This document shows, one piece after another, positions 40,981-54,182 of a stretch of 64,000 bases of DNA (within the stretch, counting starts at the first letter, position 1; each line of letters opens with the position of its first letter). Source of the DNA: Eledone cirrhosa (taxonomy: Eukaryota). The notes beneath the pieces were generated by a model. It searched no databases. It was not told the origin of the DNA and worked only from the letters and a program-made list of their open reading frames with translations. The stretch is from NCBI GenBank assembly GCA_964016885.1, contig OZ024744.1:84196001-84260000 (forward strand), read 5' to 3'. A program made the position numbers and the translations under genes.

Positions 40981-41529
40981 TACTTGATCACAAGAATATC
41001 TATTTTGTTAATATTTTGAATTAATATATATATATATTAATTAACATATATATATATTAAGTCACACTTTGAATTAGCAATTGAACAAAAACCTGTTGAT
41101 AAATTGGCTTCCTTGTTCAATCATCTTACCAGAAGCCTAACATTTTTTTTATGTAAGCGGACAGTACTTGAGATAGGAGTCGCAGAAACCCAAATACTGG
41201 ATTTTACCAACCTTCCAGGGGTCCGGGTAAATTTTCAATCACATATATTTTTATTACTTGGTCGTTTCTTTGGCTGTGCGGATGTTTTGTTTAACCATCG
41301 TCTCAGTGTGTTTGGCCTTTAATGTATGTTGTAGCTCTGGTTCATCTGAATCATTGAGCGCTTACCACACATCTCGGAAGTTGTTTTTCGTTAATTCCTA
41401 AGCCGAAATACGATTCTCGTTAATTTATATTTATATATATATATATATAGGTACGTTATTCCGGGTTGAATCGGAGGTAACCACAGTAAGTAAGGTACTC
41501 AATACATTGCAGAGTATAAAAGTTTTAAA

Positions 41530-41594
41530 ATAGATGAGATTCTACAGGACTAGAACTGTTTCATTCTTTAGAAATCATCAGGAATCTCATCTAT
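41530..41594 (-). ncRNA. Type I hammerhead ribozyme, best-formed copy
   Basis: rc: ATAGATGAGATTC-CTGATGA-TTTCTAAAGAAT-GAAA-CAG-TTCTAGTC-CTG-TA-GAATCTCATCTAT. 13-bp perfect stem I, GUA triplet. Unit 41449-41594 is flanked by (TA)n on both sides. Confidence 0.85.
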
Positions 41595-41595
41595 A

Positions 41596-41635
<40 letters not shown>

Positions 41636-42049
41636 CCTTTGTATATTATCATTTTATCTGAATGTGTGTATGTGTGTGTATATATATGTACACATATGTC
41701 TTTTTCTATATTGCTATATATATTTTTTTTTATTTTTATCTCGTTATTTTTCCAGCCTCACTTCCAATTTTTAACAGATTTTAAATTTCATTTCATATCT
41801 TCTATCCATAACATCTCTGTCTGACGACCCATCCAGACGTATATATTATTATCGTCTGTGATCCAGAAACCTTTGGTAATGGAGTAGTTATATTTTGTGT
41901 TGTTCACTTTCTAATTAAATAGTTCTCTTCTATACATAGAGCACTCTTTTTTCCTTTGCTTTTCCTTTGCGATTACGTAACACATATATAAATATATATA
42001 TATATATTTGGGGCGAAGTTGACACAATTAAGTTCTCGCTCTTCTAAGT

Positions 42050-42975
42050 ACTGATTTCAAATCCTGCCGAGGTTAACTTTGCCTTTCATTCTTACGGGAT
42101 CGATAAAAGTACCAGTAATGCACCGGGGTCAATTTAATCGACTTCCCTCTCCCCCAAAATTACTGGCCTTGTTCTTAAATCATAAACCATTATTATTGTT
42201 ATTATCCAGAGGCGCTGGATTGGCAGTATCGTTAGAGGGTCGGACGCCATGGTTTGAAGCATAGAGTTACGGCCCTTTACGATCTGAGTTCAAATCCCGC
42301 TGAGGTTAACTTTGCCTTTCATCCTTACGGGGTCGATAAAATAAAGTACCAGTAATGCACTGGGATGATTGCTGGCCTTGTGCCAATAGTAGAAACAATT
42401 ATTATTGTTATTATTATAGCTTGCGGACGATGGAGGGTCGGACGCCATGCTTTGCAGCAAAGAGTTTCGGCCCTTTGCGGTCTGAGTTCAAATCCCGCCG
42501 AGGTTAACTTTGCCTTTCATCCTTACAGCGTCGATCAAATATAGTACCAGTAATGCACTGGGATAATTGCTGGCCTTGTGCCAAAAGTAGAAACAATTAT
42601 ATTTTGTGCACATATTCCTATTAAGATGAAAAGTTATTGGGGAACTATATCTGCGTACAGTTTTCTCGAAATTTTGGAAAGTTATACTTGTCTGTTTCGT
42701 GTATTAATGCGTGATGTTTAATAATTGTTTCTAATTTTGGCACAAGGCCATCAATTATCCCAGTGCATTACTGGTACTTTAATTTATCGATATCGTAAGG
42801 ATGAAAGACAAAGCTAGCCTCAACGGAATTGGAACTCAGACTATAAAGGGCCGTATATTTTTGCTGCAAAGCGTGGCATCAGACCCTCTACCGATACTGC
42901 TAATCTACCACCCTGTGTGATGTTTAATAATTGCTTCTACTTGTTGGCACAAGGCCAGCAATTACCCAGTACATT
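42050..42975. mobile_element. SINE family 1 cluster (+ about 42050-42195, 42210-42402, 42432-42600; - about 42721-42912, 42927-42975)
   Basis: Matches to family consensus. Duplicated GTGATGTTTAATAATTG flanks the 42721-42912 copy. Confidence 0.85.
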
Positions 42976-44248
42976 ACAATAATGTTGGAACATTTGAAGT
43001 AAAATAGCTAAAATAGCTATGTCAGTGCATCTGGGATTTGGGATTCAGATTGCGCAAAGTATTGCATTTATTCGAGTTCTAGTCTTATGTAAATTTGGAA
43101 ATAAAATTTCTATATCAATAATGTGGAACTTGATATACTTGAAATGTCGTTGCATCTGTAGACGCGAACTGGGATTAAGATAACTGTCTTTAAGATCAAC
43201 TCTTCTAAACCAACCACACTGCTGATTTTGTATTCATTTTGTGCCAGCTATATATCCGATGACTTTAATGACGGCGTTTCTGAATATTTTATCTGTTATT
43301 GTTGTCATTATTGATTGCTATAATCTCCGTTATTGTTAAGTTTAGTGCCATCGTTGAGATACTATAATTTATATCAAGTCAAACCCTCAGCGCTATGATC
43401 ATTCTGTTCCCGATATTAGACAATTTTGTTGTTTCAAGTAGGAAGCTGATAGTCGGAAAATATATATGGATACTTAAGTTGACTATTACGCAATGTGGAT
43501 GCAATATGTCTGAATGATTAAGAAGTTCGCTTCGCAATCATTAGGCCCAGGGTTCACTTTCAAAGCCTGACATTTTATCAGTTACCATTGCCCAGGTTTG
43601 ATCTATGCCTTATCTTCAAATTGAGTAGACGAAAAATATTTCGAAGCCCGTCTGATGAACTGTAGCCGTAGTCCAAAGGATCAACCTTGACATACTTTGT
43701 CACGCCGAATTTCACTCTGAATTACGTTAAGACTATTCTTGTCTTTAGAAAGTTTAGTCACTTTCACAAGCAGGTCAGAAAACTATGAAGTTCCATTTCA
43801 TACTATACAGAATAGATAAAGATTCTTCACTCAGTTAAACTCTGATTTGTGTTTATATTGGTAAATACGAGTTTTCAGTTTTCTGACAACAAAGGTCTAA
43901 AGTTTTATACGCAATTAATATTTCCCAGTGAGGAAAATATTGAGAAGTTTGTGAAAGTGTTAGAACGGTGTATGAATAGTGTTTCATTTATAGTTCAAAT
44001 GATGTTGTTTGGAATAAAGGTAACCAGAAGTACTAGAGAGGATAATAAGTGGTCATATTTTATTTTACTTTCGAGTTCTCTGAGCTAATAAATACAAGGG
44101 AAGATTGGTTAAATTTATTATTTGTTTGAAGTAATGTCTTCATAATTGATACGAAAATGTTGTTATTAAAATGAAAATACAATTAAATTAGTGAATAGGT
44201 TCTTGTTCCCGAATAAAGGAGAAAGACGTTTAGAAGAAATTAAATATA

Positions 44249-44398
44249 ATAATTGTTTCTACTTTTGGCACAGGGCCAGCAATTACTCAGTGCATTACTG
44301 GTACTTTATTTTATCGACCCCGTAAGAATGAAAGGCAAAGTTAACCTTGCTACAAAGCATTGCGTCAGACCCTCTACCGATACTGCCAATTCACCGCC
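44249..44398 (-). mobile_element. SINE family 1 copy with internal deletion
   Basis: Tail, core and head present; B-box region missing. Confidence 0.8.
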
Positions 44399-45439
44399 TC
44401 TTATATAAAAATGTTTTGAAAATATATTGATGGACACAAAAACCTAGGTATGAGGTTCTTTCTATTTTATAGTCTTCACTCACCCACACCAAAAGACTAA
44501 ACGTCCTGCTTATGTGTATGTTTGGATATCTAAAAGAATCAAGTATTTTATCACACAATTTATATAAAAGATGAGAAATAAAACATAGTCATCTAAGACG
44601 ACTGCAAACTTCATGAATATATCGATGTCATTAAATACCAATTTATAAAGATAAAAGAAAAAGGAAAAAAAAGCATCTTTACATTTTCTTTAGGTGTTAC
44701 ATGAAAAGATATTTGTATTTTATGTGGTGTAAATTTGAATAATGCTTTTTAAATGCTTAAATTATAGCTGACATTTTTAGTAAACAATTTTTTTGTAAAA
44801 AGAAGGAAAAATAGTCACATAACTAATTAGTGTGTAATAGTATCTACTGTCGAAAGTCTGAAATATACATTCAAACAGAATGAGGCGTCAAGCTAGACCA
44901 GCTCTAATATGTTGAGTTGTGAATATGTTTCGTATGTGTTGTGTAATCGGCGTTATGTGTTTCAGTGTAAGGTGTATATATATAGTATTTGACTTGTGTG
45001 GCATTAATGCTTAGGAAAATGGTTCTGTGAGTTATTGGTGTTGAAAAATCGGTTTTGACTATGTAAGAGTAGGTTTTGTGTTATTTTATTGGGTGTTAAT
45101 CCTGTACAGCATATGTATGTTGTAGGAGTTGTGGTATTCTGTTTCGACGTTTACTGTATAGGGTACATGCTGTATGTGAAAATTGTACATCTTGAATTAT
45201 ATTATTTAATTGATAACGTCTTACGCTGAATGTGGGCTCTACTGGCCAGAGTGTTTTATGTTATGTGCACTGATATGACTAGTATTTTTCATACCAAATG
45301 CTTTAATTGTCCAGGCAGCCGTCTACTGCGACGGGAGAATTCCTAGTTATGTGAGCCGGGGGAGTAATAGTGATGATGAAGAAGGGCGCTAATAGTAGGG
45401 AGGTAATTGAAACATTCCGAGCCATAACTCTGCACAACA

Positions 45440-45640
45440 CAATGATTAAGATATTGCCAAATTTCTAAGAAGGGGGTTTGACACTTCTCCTCGAAAATAT
45501 GGTTGGGATGGTGTAGACATGCCCAATACTGACAAGATCTTTCCATGACAACCTCACGTGCTATATCATGGAATGTTTAGGGAATAAACCTGGCTTTGAT
45601 TGAGCTCTGATCAATTTGGATAAATCGAAAGCTCGATCCA
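45440..45640 (+). mobile_element. Old degenerate Tx1 RT fragment
   Basis: ACAACCTC...TATATCATGG...AAACCTGG...GCTCTGATCAATTTGGATAAATCGAAAGCT aligns by eye to 47400-47500 (ALINLD.SKAFD). Confidence 0.55.
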
Positions 45641-45916
45641 AACACAGAATGGATTATGTGAAATCCAACGCCGTGGTTATTGTTGTTGAAATACCAATTG
45701 TTGACTACAGAGTGAAGTCGAAAAAGTAGTTCTGGGTGAAACTGTATTATCTTTCTTCTGGTTGTATGTATAAATGCATACAACCAGAAGTTCTATGCAT
45801 TTATGCAGCGGTTGATAAAATTTTGCATGGGTATATATATATATGTCTGTGTGAGTGCGCATGCATTCTGAAAGTCTAAAATATGTCTTAATCCAGAAGG
45901 CTCATTTGGCTAGTGC

Positions 45917-46157
45917 TTATCTCGGTTTCATGGCGTGAAGCAACTGAGAGTACAAGACTCTCCACTGGACAGAACGCCAGTCCATCGTAGGGCTAGGCAC
46001 CCACCTATTTCTGGTACTCATTTCTTTCAGCTGAGTATACTGGAGCAACGTGAAAGGAAGTGTTTTACTCAAGAATACAACATGCAACCGAGGAATCGGA
46101 CCCACAACATTATTATCGTAAGTCCTTCGCCCTTACCACTAGGCCACGTGCCTCCAC
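45917..46157 (-). mobile_element. CORE-type SINE (family 2), near full-length
   Basis: tRNA-like head GGCCTAGTGGTAAGG..GGGTCCGATTCC, CORE-like centre, 3' CCCTACGATGGACTGGCGTTCTGTCCAG segment. Confidence 0.75.
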
Positions 46158-46719
46158 GGCCGCGCATGCATTAGGGTGTTTCATATTTATAGGGGAAAAT
46201 GATTTTGTTGGAATCACCTCATATCGACTGCGCCCTAAATTGTTTGTACATAAAAGCTACACAGGCAAATATATGAGAAGGTACAAATATATTAAGGGTT
46301 TGCACAATTTGGTGCTTTTTCAATGCTATGCTAAAGAAAATGGAACAAAATGTATTTCAACACTTTTTGTTTTTCCGGTTTTTGTCTGTGTACACGCATG
46401 TAACGTTTCTACTGTTTCTAAATGAAAAAGAAATGAGCCATAAACTTAAACTAAGTATGTAGAAATAATTTTACATCGGTGATTTGTTTTTAATGTTCGC
46501 ACAAAGAAGTATTTGATATCACGTTGATGAGGTGAGCTTTTTGATACTTGTTTTGATAATTCAACATGATGAGTTAACAATAAGGTTCTAATGTAAGGTT
46601 TATTACTTTGTTGGTTCAGTATTGGTTTTGTTGGTGATGGTAAACACGTTGGTTTTCGTCAAGGTTCATCCGTTCTTATGAAGTTAGAAAATAATGTTCT
46701 TCTCTTTTGCTTTTTATAG

Positions 46720-49330
46720 TCTGAATGTGTTCCAGAAATGTAAAATCCCAAAGGCTTGGTAAAATAAAATTAAAAGAAAAAGAAACCCACCCGAGGCCAC
46801 AGTAGCGGTAGAACTACCAGCACCAGCGGCACCAACGACAAAAGCAACATCTTCACCACCAACAACGTCAACAAGTCCAATGGAGAGCATGCCACTTCCC
46901 AACATCGTTAAATCGGACAGGGTGTCGAAATTCGTAACGAAAAAAAAAAAGGAAAGAGCTCCCTACCTTTTCCCTTCAAAAAATACGAGGAAAAAAACAA
47001 CAAAAAAATGAAAAATATCAACGACTCTACCACCATCACCATCAACAGCTGAGGCGGAGTGTTGCTAATATTCGATAACAGCCGCTGAAGTACGTGAGGC
47101 AATGACTGACTGCACAATAGGTAAATCGCCTAGTTTGGATGGTCTGCCCTACGAGCTTTGCGTACACACGCCAGACTTGTTCGGCAACCTCTTGGTAAAC
47201 ATTTACTGCAACTGGCAGCAGAGCGGGAGAACTCCTAGTTCTATGAGCCGAGGAGCGGTGGCGCAGTTGAGAAAGGACCCGGACAGGGGGACAACATAGA
47301 TAATTTCAGGCCCATAACTCTGCTACACGAAGAGTTCAAAATGTCGTCGATGGTCTGGTGGGAGAGGCGCAGACATACACCATTCTAAACAAATCCGTTC
47401 ACAACCTCCACCTCATGCGATACATCGTGTTGAGGGTAGCTAACGAACCTAGCATGGGTAGGGCTTTGATCAATTTAGATCAGTGGAAAACTTTCGATAG
47501 GCTCAACCATCGTTATCTGGCGGCGCTCCTGAGGGCGGCCGGCTTTGGGCCCGTCTTCAGAGACTAGACCTTGCCATGCACAGCAACGTTTGCTATGTGG
47601 TGAGAGTGAATAGTCACACTTCGGAACCGTTCAGCATCATGCGCTCGGTCCGCCAAGGATGTTGCTTCGCGTCCATGTCGTGTGTATTGACTCTCGAGCC
47701 ATTACTGCACAGACTGGAGACGAACTAGGATGCGGGAGAACTGTGTCAGCGTATGCCGACGACGTCACCATAGTGGTGTCGAATGCCAAACACATCGAGG
47801 CGATCGGCACTACACTAAGAGAATACGAGGCGGTGACAGGAGCAATGATTAACCAGAAGTCGGTGGGTCTGCGGCTCGGCACCTGGAGAGGCAGGTCTAT
47901 GCCGTCAACAAGCGTTATCGAGCGCTGGACGGACGGATCGGTTAAATTGCTAGGGTTCTGGTTCAGTCCGAACCTCCAGACGGACAAAAACTGGGACGAG
48001 ATAATGAGCAGGGTGGCCTCTCTCACCCAGAAATGGGCCGAGAGGAAGCTATCCCTGAAAACTTGAGCAAAAGTGGCGAATACGTACATTGCGTCCGTCA
48101 TCTATTACCATTGGTCCTAAGCTTCACCTGACTGCGCTGGAAAGTTTGCTTTTTCACTTTTTGGTTAGGCGGTCCCTCTGCTATCAACACCCGCTAGGTG
48201 GAGCGCTGGGCAACCGTGGTTGATGATGCGCAGACATGCGCTCAGGCTACTGTATCTCCACCTCTTCCTCGACGGTAATCAGGTGTGGTCGCCGTTTGCT
48301 AGACGCATTTTCCCCCAGCTTGTCTCCTTGACAGAGTGTAATCCTGGGTCAAGCGAAGACCGAGAGGGGGCACTGGGAGATTGGAATGTCTTCAGTATCT
48401 CACAGCCCTCGCCCAATTGATATATGCGATCGGAGGAAATTCCACCTTGGCGTTCTATAGAGGGTTAGTGGATAAAAAGAGCGACGACGTACATGGGGAG
48501 ACTCTGCGTGTCGGCGAAAATCAACTAGCTAATCTCTTCGGGAGAACTTTCGAGCCGGGGCACCTGGACAACTTCCAGAAATCTCTGGCCTGGCTGTACT
48601 ACCGAGTAGCTTTGCTAGTTCGGGATAAAATCTACAGGCATAAAAGTGCCATAAGTCAGGCCTGACCGAGATGCGCTCGGGGTGACGAAACCATACTGCA
48701 CGTACTCGTCCAGTGTCCGAGCATTGCTGACTTGTGGGTTTATGTCGAACACCTGCTGTCGCGTGTAGAACGGATCTGGCTGTCAGCTGAGTCCATCGTG
48801 AGGATCGTCCCGTTGCCTTCCTTTAGCCGGGAAAGGCAGGCAGTTTTTATCTGTCTGGTGGCCATGGCGAAAGAGATAGTATGGTGGACACGTTTGAAAG
48901 GGCTGAAGACGAGCACTTACCTCTTCGGTGATGCCCTGATTAACTTTTTCAAATTTCATTTGAAAAGGAAAATAAGGTTAGAGAGAGAACTGCTCTCTTC
49001 CCAGCATTTTGTTGAAAGATGGGTGAGAGAGGCAAGAATGGCCCGAGTATGCGCCTGTAGATTTATGCTCTGAGTATGTGCCTGTAGATTGAAGGTTGAA
49101 AACTGGGAGAGGGCTGTTGCCTTGGTTGCCACCGTGGCTTTTTTAATGGGCATTCTCCACGAGTGACCCTCGGAAGTTTCCCCCCTATTGGGAAATTTTC
49201 CTTTATTTCATTTTTGTTATTTCTTTTCTTATTATGTTTTCTTTACACGCAGAAATGCCCATTTGGACCATTCTGTGCTGTCCTTAATGTCAACGCTTGT
49301 GGTTAATAAATAAAGCATTATTATTATTAT
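46720..49330 (+). mobile_element. Tx1-type LINE subfamily B, copy 1: ORF1-like fragment joined to RT and C-terminus, decayed
   Basis: GKSPSLDGLPYEL, NFRPITLL, ALINLDQWKTFDRL, SAYADDVTI, LLGFWF, C-terminal WWTRLKGL. 3' AATAAA plus (ATT)n at about 49305-49330. Confidence 0.88.
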
Positions 49331-52300
49331 TGTTGGCGACCTACGTAGGAAATCGTATTATCGTGAGCTCCGTAAAGGTTTGTTGTTTTCAGTTGTTTCA
49401 AAATGTTGTTTCTGAAGAGGACACTAAATAATATTAGGGCCTTGAGCCCAAAATTTATACTTTTATTTATCAAACAAAATATTTCTTTAAAAAAAAACAT
49501 GGACGACAAATCTCCTGTTTTTAACAGACAAACACCCACCACCACCACCACCACCACCACCACCATTGTAAAGCTTGCCACGGTTGCCAACAATGAAAAT
49601 ATAATTAATAGCAGTCTCAATTATTTAAATTTGCCGCATACAGACATGGATTTCCGGCCATTTCAAATAACTGCAGGTGTTAAAGCCGCCAACCCCACCA
49701 CCACAATGTCAAAAAGAACAACCAACACCACTGATACCACCTCCACCACAGTGACAACAGAAAAAAAAATTATTATCTCCTGACATCGAAATGGATTCAC
49801 CCAGAATCGACCTTCCACGCCGAACACCACTGACACCACCACTACCTCCACCACAACTGAAACTAAAAATAACAATAACAACAACAGCAACAACAACAAT
49901 GAGAATAACAACAACAAAATCAACACCAGCGCAAAACAAAATGTGTCATTTGCCAAAGCAGCCAAGAAAAGCGAAATAATCGAGGTAAGCCAGGACGAAT
50001 TGAATGAAGCCAAGTGAATGGTAAAAAAGATGGGTACAAGGTCAGCCCCCCCCCCCCCTCTCCCTATCTAATAAAATTGAGCATCGACGCCTATGCACCG
50101 TGCCATATCGGACGATAAACACAAAATCCCGCCGAGTGGAACGGGCATCTGAGTCACAGATACAAAAAGCTTTGGGACATGTGTGGGCGAAAAAAACCCA
50201 CATCTGACGAGGGCAGAACTATGGAACCGTGGACGTGTCTTTGGAACACCACAGGAGGCCAGAGAGTACTCCTTGGCCCCATTAAGAAGTGATGACTTCA
50301 CACTCATCCCAAGCTATTGTGGTGAGAGACTCGAAAAGATCAGGGTGACCCACGTTCCATCGAAATTCCCTGGCTAATGGCTATCGTCCTCGCCGGCATT
50401 GAGGCCTACACGAAAATAATTGAAGTAACAAAATAAAAGCAGGAGAACAGGTCCGGATCTGGGATGGAGCTCCTGATCCAAGCAGACCCAAATAACATTG
50501 AGGAAATTCCAGAGGTGATAGACCTCAATGACGGCAGCCACCTTATCGTAATCGTTGAGGGTAGAAGGCCTAGGTATGTCGTTTGTGGTGAAGGAACCCA
50601 CCTAAAGGCTTTCTGCCCTCAGGCTAAAAGGTTGAGGCCACCTCTCTTACCTACACCAGTGACACAACCATCAACACCACCAGCAGCAGAAATGGCAGCA
50701 ACAACTGTAGCAGCAACAACCCAGCAACAGTAGCAAAACCAACACTACCACCAAACACCAGCGCCTCCACCATCCACCACCCCACAACCAAAACCAACGC
50801 CTGTGGAGGATTTTCCACTCCCCGACCTATCGCAACTGGAGACAGATTGTGACGACGAGGAGTCGGAAACTGTATCAGGAAAAAAGAAAAAAGAAAAAGA
50901 AGCCAAAAAGGAAAAATCCCCTTCCTTCCCCCTCCAAAAACAAAATACAGAGGGAAACAAATAAACTATCAAACAAAAAAGTTAGGACATATATGCCACC
51001 ATCCACACCAGCATCACCAACCCCATCAACCCAAACACCAATACCATCACCATCATTAACCCCAACACCACGATCACCAACACCACAAAAGTCGCCAAAA
51101 AGCGAAACAGAAACAAACCCACAACAAACGCAAACAGAACAAAACAACCAAAACGATACACACTACACAGCATTAAATTTGAACAACAACCATTTATTAC
51201 ACTACATCCAACACAACACCAGCATCACAGAAAAAGACTACACAACACCCCAAATATTCACACCACCTCCACACATACAAATCACTCGCATCACACAGAA
51301 AACGTACACGACAGTAAAACAAAAATTCCCCAAGAACATCGGAGACTTCCGACAAGCACTCTCCAGGAGGATTTATAAGGACATCCTTCCGGAGGAGGTC
51401 ACAAGCAGTGAGAACGATGAAAAAACCATCCTCCCCCTACGAAAAGTGAGGTAAGTGGTCTTTCCCATCTTTTTCCACTCCTTTTCAACATGACCTCACT
51501 CAGAATAGGCAGCATAAATGCGCGTGGCCTGGGGTCGTCATGGAAGCAGGGCCACCTGCTCAACGACCTCAGGTCACTAAACATAGATGTGGTGGCCATC
51601 AGCATACCAGACTCTCCGAAGCACGGGCTTTCGCACCGATCTTCGGCGGCTACGATGTGTACGCATCTCCCAGCCGCCCTGGATCGGGGGGAGGAGTTGC
51701 TCTGTTTTTTCGGAGAGGTTTGGATCTCGCCATATGGCCATCTTCCTGGACCCAGAAGGTAAATTGGTGGTGCTAGACGTGACCAGCGGAGACGGTCAAG
51801 CTTTCAGGCTAGTGGCCGTCTATGCCCCGACAGGAGCAGGGTGGCCTGATTTCTTCCGGCGTCTGGAGTCATTTCTTAGAACGTCCCGCTCTTTAGCGTT
51901 AGTGGGCGACTGGAACGGGATCTTAGATGCACGCTGGGACTGTGTGGGATTAGCAGATAGGGGAGGATGGTGTAAAAGCCTCGCAAACCTGCCCAGACGG
52001 TTTCAACTGTCTGACAGGTAACGTCTGGATTTCCCGAATGTGCCAATGTGGACATGGACAAACCGCATCGGGTCATCCAGATTATATCTAGATAGGGTAT
52101 TTTGTAGAGAAATAGAGAGGTCTAAAATAGGCTGTGTACATTTCAAAATAGTCGACTACACGGACCACAATTTCGTGATCTGTGTGCTTGACTTAGATAG
52201 GCTTCATAGACAGGGACCGGGCTACTGGAAGCTAAACGCGTCATTAACAGCGCGCAAGGCCTACAGAGACCGGATTAGTGAACTAGTTAAGCGGGCGTTG

Positions 52301-53252
52301 CCGGGGACCATCGTCAACAACAAATGGTGGTTTGCTCTGAAAGGAGCAATTAGAATAGAGTCCATTAGGTTTAGTAAGGCTTTAGCAATAGAGAAAAATA
52401 GAGCAGAGGGAGAACTAGTTAAAAAATTAGACGAGGCGCTTAGTAAAGGCATCGCAACCGATGTACTTGCGGCGAAATTGGCCCTTGACCAATTCTTCAA
52501 TGCAAAGCACGAAGACTGCGTTGTCAGAGCTAGGGTGCGTGCTCTTAGACACGAGGGGACGAAGGCCGTTCAATTGGCCCGAGTGGCGGAGGCGCGTCGT
52601 GGCATCAAAGCCACGATCCGGTCTTTGGTGGACCACGACGGGCGCATGCTACTATCCCGGGCAAATGTGTGAAGCTTTTCAGCGACACTTCGATCAGCTG
52701 TTCGAGGGCAGCGGCGTGCCGGATGGAGAGATGGACTTTAGTGTCTACCTCGACGGACTGCCGCGGCTTTCGGCCACTGAGGCGGAGTGTTGTGAAAAGC
52801 CGATAACAGCCGCTGAAGTACGGGAGGCAATGACTGGCTGCACACGGGGTAAATCGCCTGGTTTTGGATGGTCCGCACTCTGAGCTTTACGTACAGATGC
52901 CAGCATTTTGTTGCAAGATGGGTGACAGAGGCAAGAATGGCCCGTGTGAATGGGCCTACTCTGAGTATGTGCCTGTAAATTGAAGGTGGAAAATTGGGAG
53001 AGGGCACTTGCTCTGGTGGTCAGGGTCACCGTGGCTTTTTTAATGGGCTTTCTCCACGAACGTCCCTCGGAAGTCTGTCCCCTATTGGGGAATTTTTCAT
53101 TGTTTCTTTTTTTGTTATATCCTCTGTTTTCTTTTTACCCGCAGAAATGCCCATTTGTACCGTCCTGTATTGTCCTGTACTGTCCATAATGTCTTACTTT
53201 GTGTAAACCCCTGTGGTTAATAAAGAAAGCATTATTATTATTATTATTATTA
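49331..53252 (+). mobile_element. Tx1-type LINE subfamily B, copy 2: 5' UTR, ORF1, APE endonuclease; RT deleted
   Basis: ORF1 with knuckle remnant VCGEGTHLKAFCP, stop at 51454. ORF2 start MTSLRIGSINARGL (51490), APE motifs VAVYAP, VGDWN, WTW...SRLYLDRVF, TDH, GPGYWKLN. Jump at about 52902 to the last codons of ORF2. AATAAA plus (ATT)n tail. Confidence 0.9.
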
Positions 53253-53265
53253 TTTGTTCACCTCA

Positions 53266-53472
53266 GAGTGGTGGATTGGCAGTATATGTAGAGGGTCGGA
53301 CGCCATGCTTTGCAGCATAGAGTTACGGCCCTTTATTATCTGAGTTAAAATCCAGCCGAGGTTAACTTTGCCTTTTATCTTTACGGGGTCGATAAAATAA
53401 AGTAGCAGTCACACAATTTAATCGACTTTTCCCTACTCCAAAATTGATGACCGTGTACCTATATAAGAAACC
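53266..53472 (+). mobile_element. SINE family 1 copy with 17-bp TSD
   Basis: ATTATTTGTTCACCTCA at 53249-53265 and 53473-53489. Confidence 0.88.
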
Positions 53473-54182
53473 ATTATTTGTTCACCTCAAAAGAAATCCA
53501 CTCGGTCTTTCAATACTAACAATTTATCGTCTTAAATAGAAAGTGAAAGTAGAGTATAATTTGTTTTGTCGACTTGCACAATTGATATATTTTTATTCCG
53601 CCTTTCTTTTATTCTCTATTTCTGCTGCCTTTTCTTCTTGTTTTCAATTTTAAAATCTATGTGACTTATTCCTCATCAGACATAATGACTCGCTGCCACA
53701 CTCTCCTAGGATTCGAACAGCAATTGATAATCACCGTTTCCTTTGAGGCAATTCTCATTACAGCGTTGTCTTTTTTTCCCAAGAGTTACCTATCTTTCGT
53801 AATACAGACACATAATATAAAGAAATGCGGATGATGTATTTACACTGTGTACCAGAATGACAGAGGACTTTTTAAAGTTAAGTAGAAATACATATTAATC
53901 CCTGGTACACACATTTATGCAATCACATATCATATCAATTCTAAAAAAAAAAAAAACTCAAAATGTTGACTTCGATTATTAATGAAAATACACACGCACA
54001 TGCAGACACACAAACATATTCTCACGCATATACCCATATATATAAGTGTGTGTGGGGGGCGGGGCGTATGTGTGTGTGTGTGTGTGAGAGAGTGAAAGTG
54101 ATTTTGCATGTAGCGAGAGAGTGACACACAGTGAGAAAGACTGACTGACAGAACAGACAGACATACGAGCAGGTAGGTAGGT

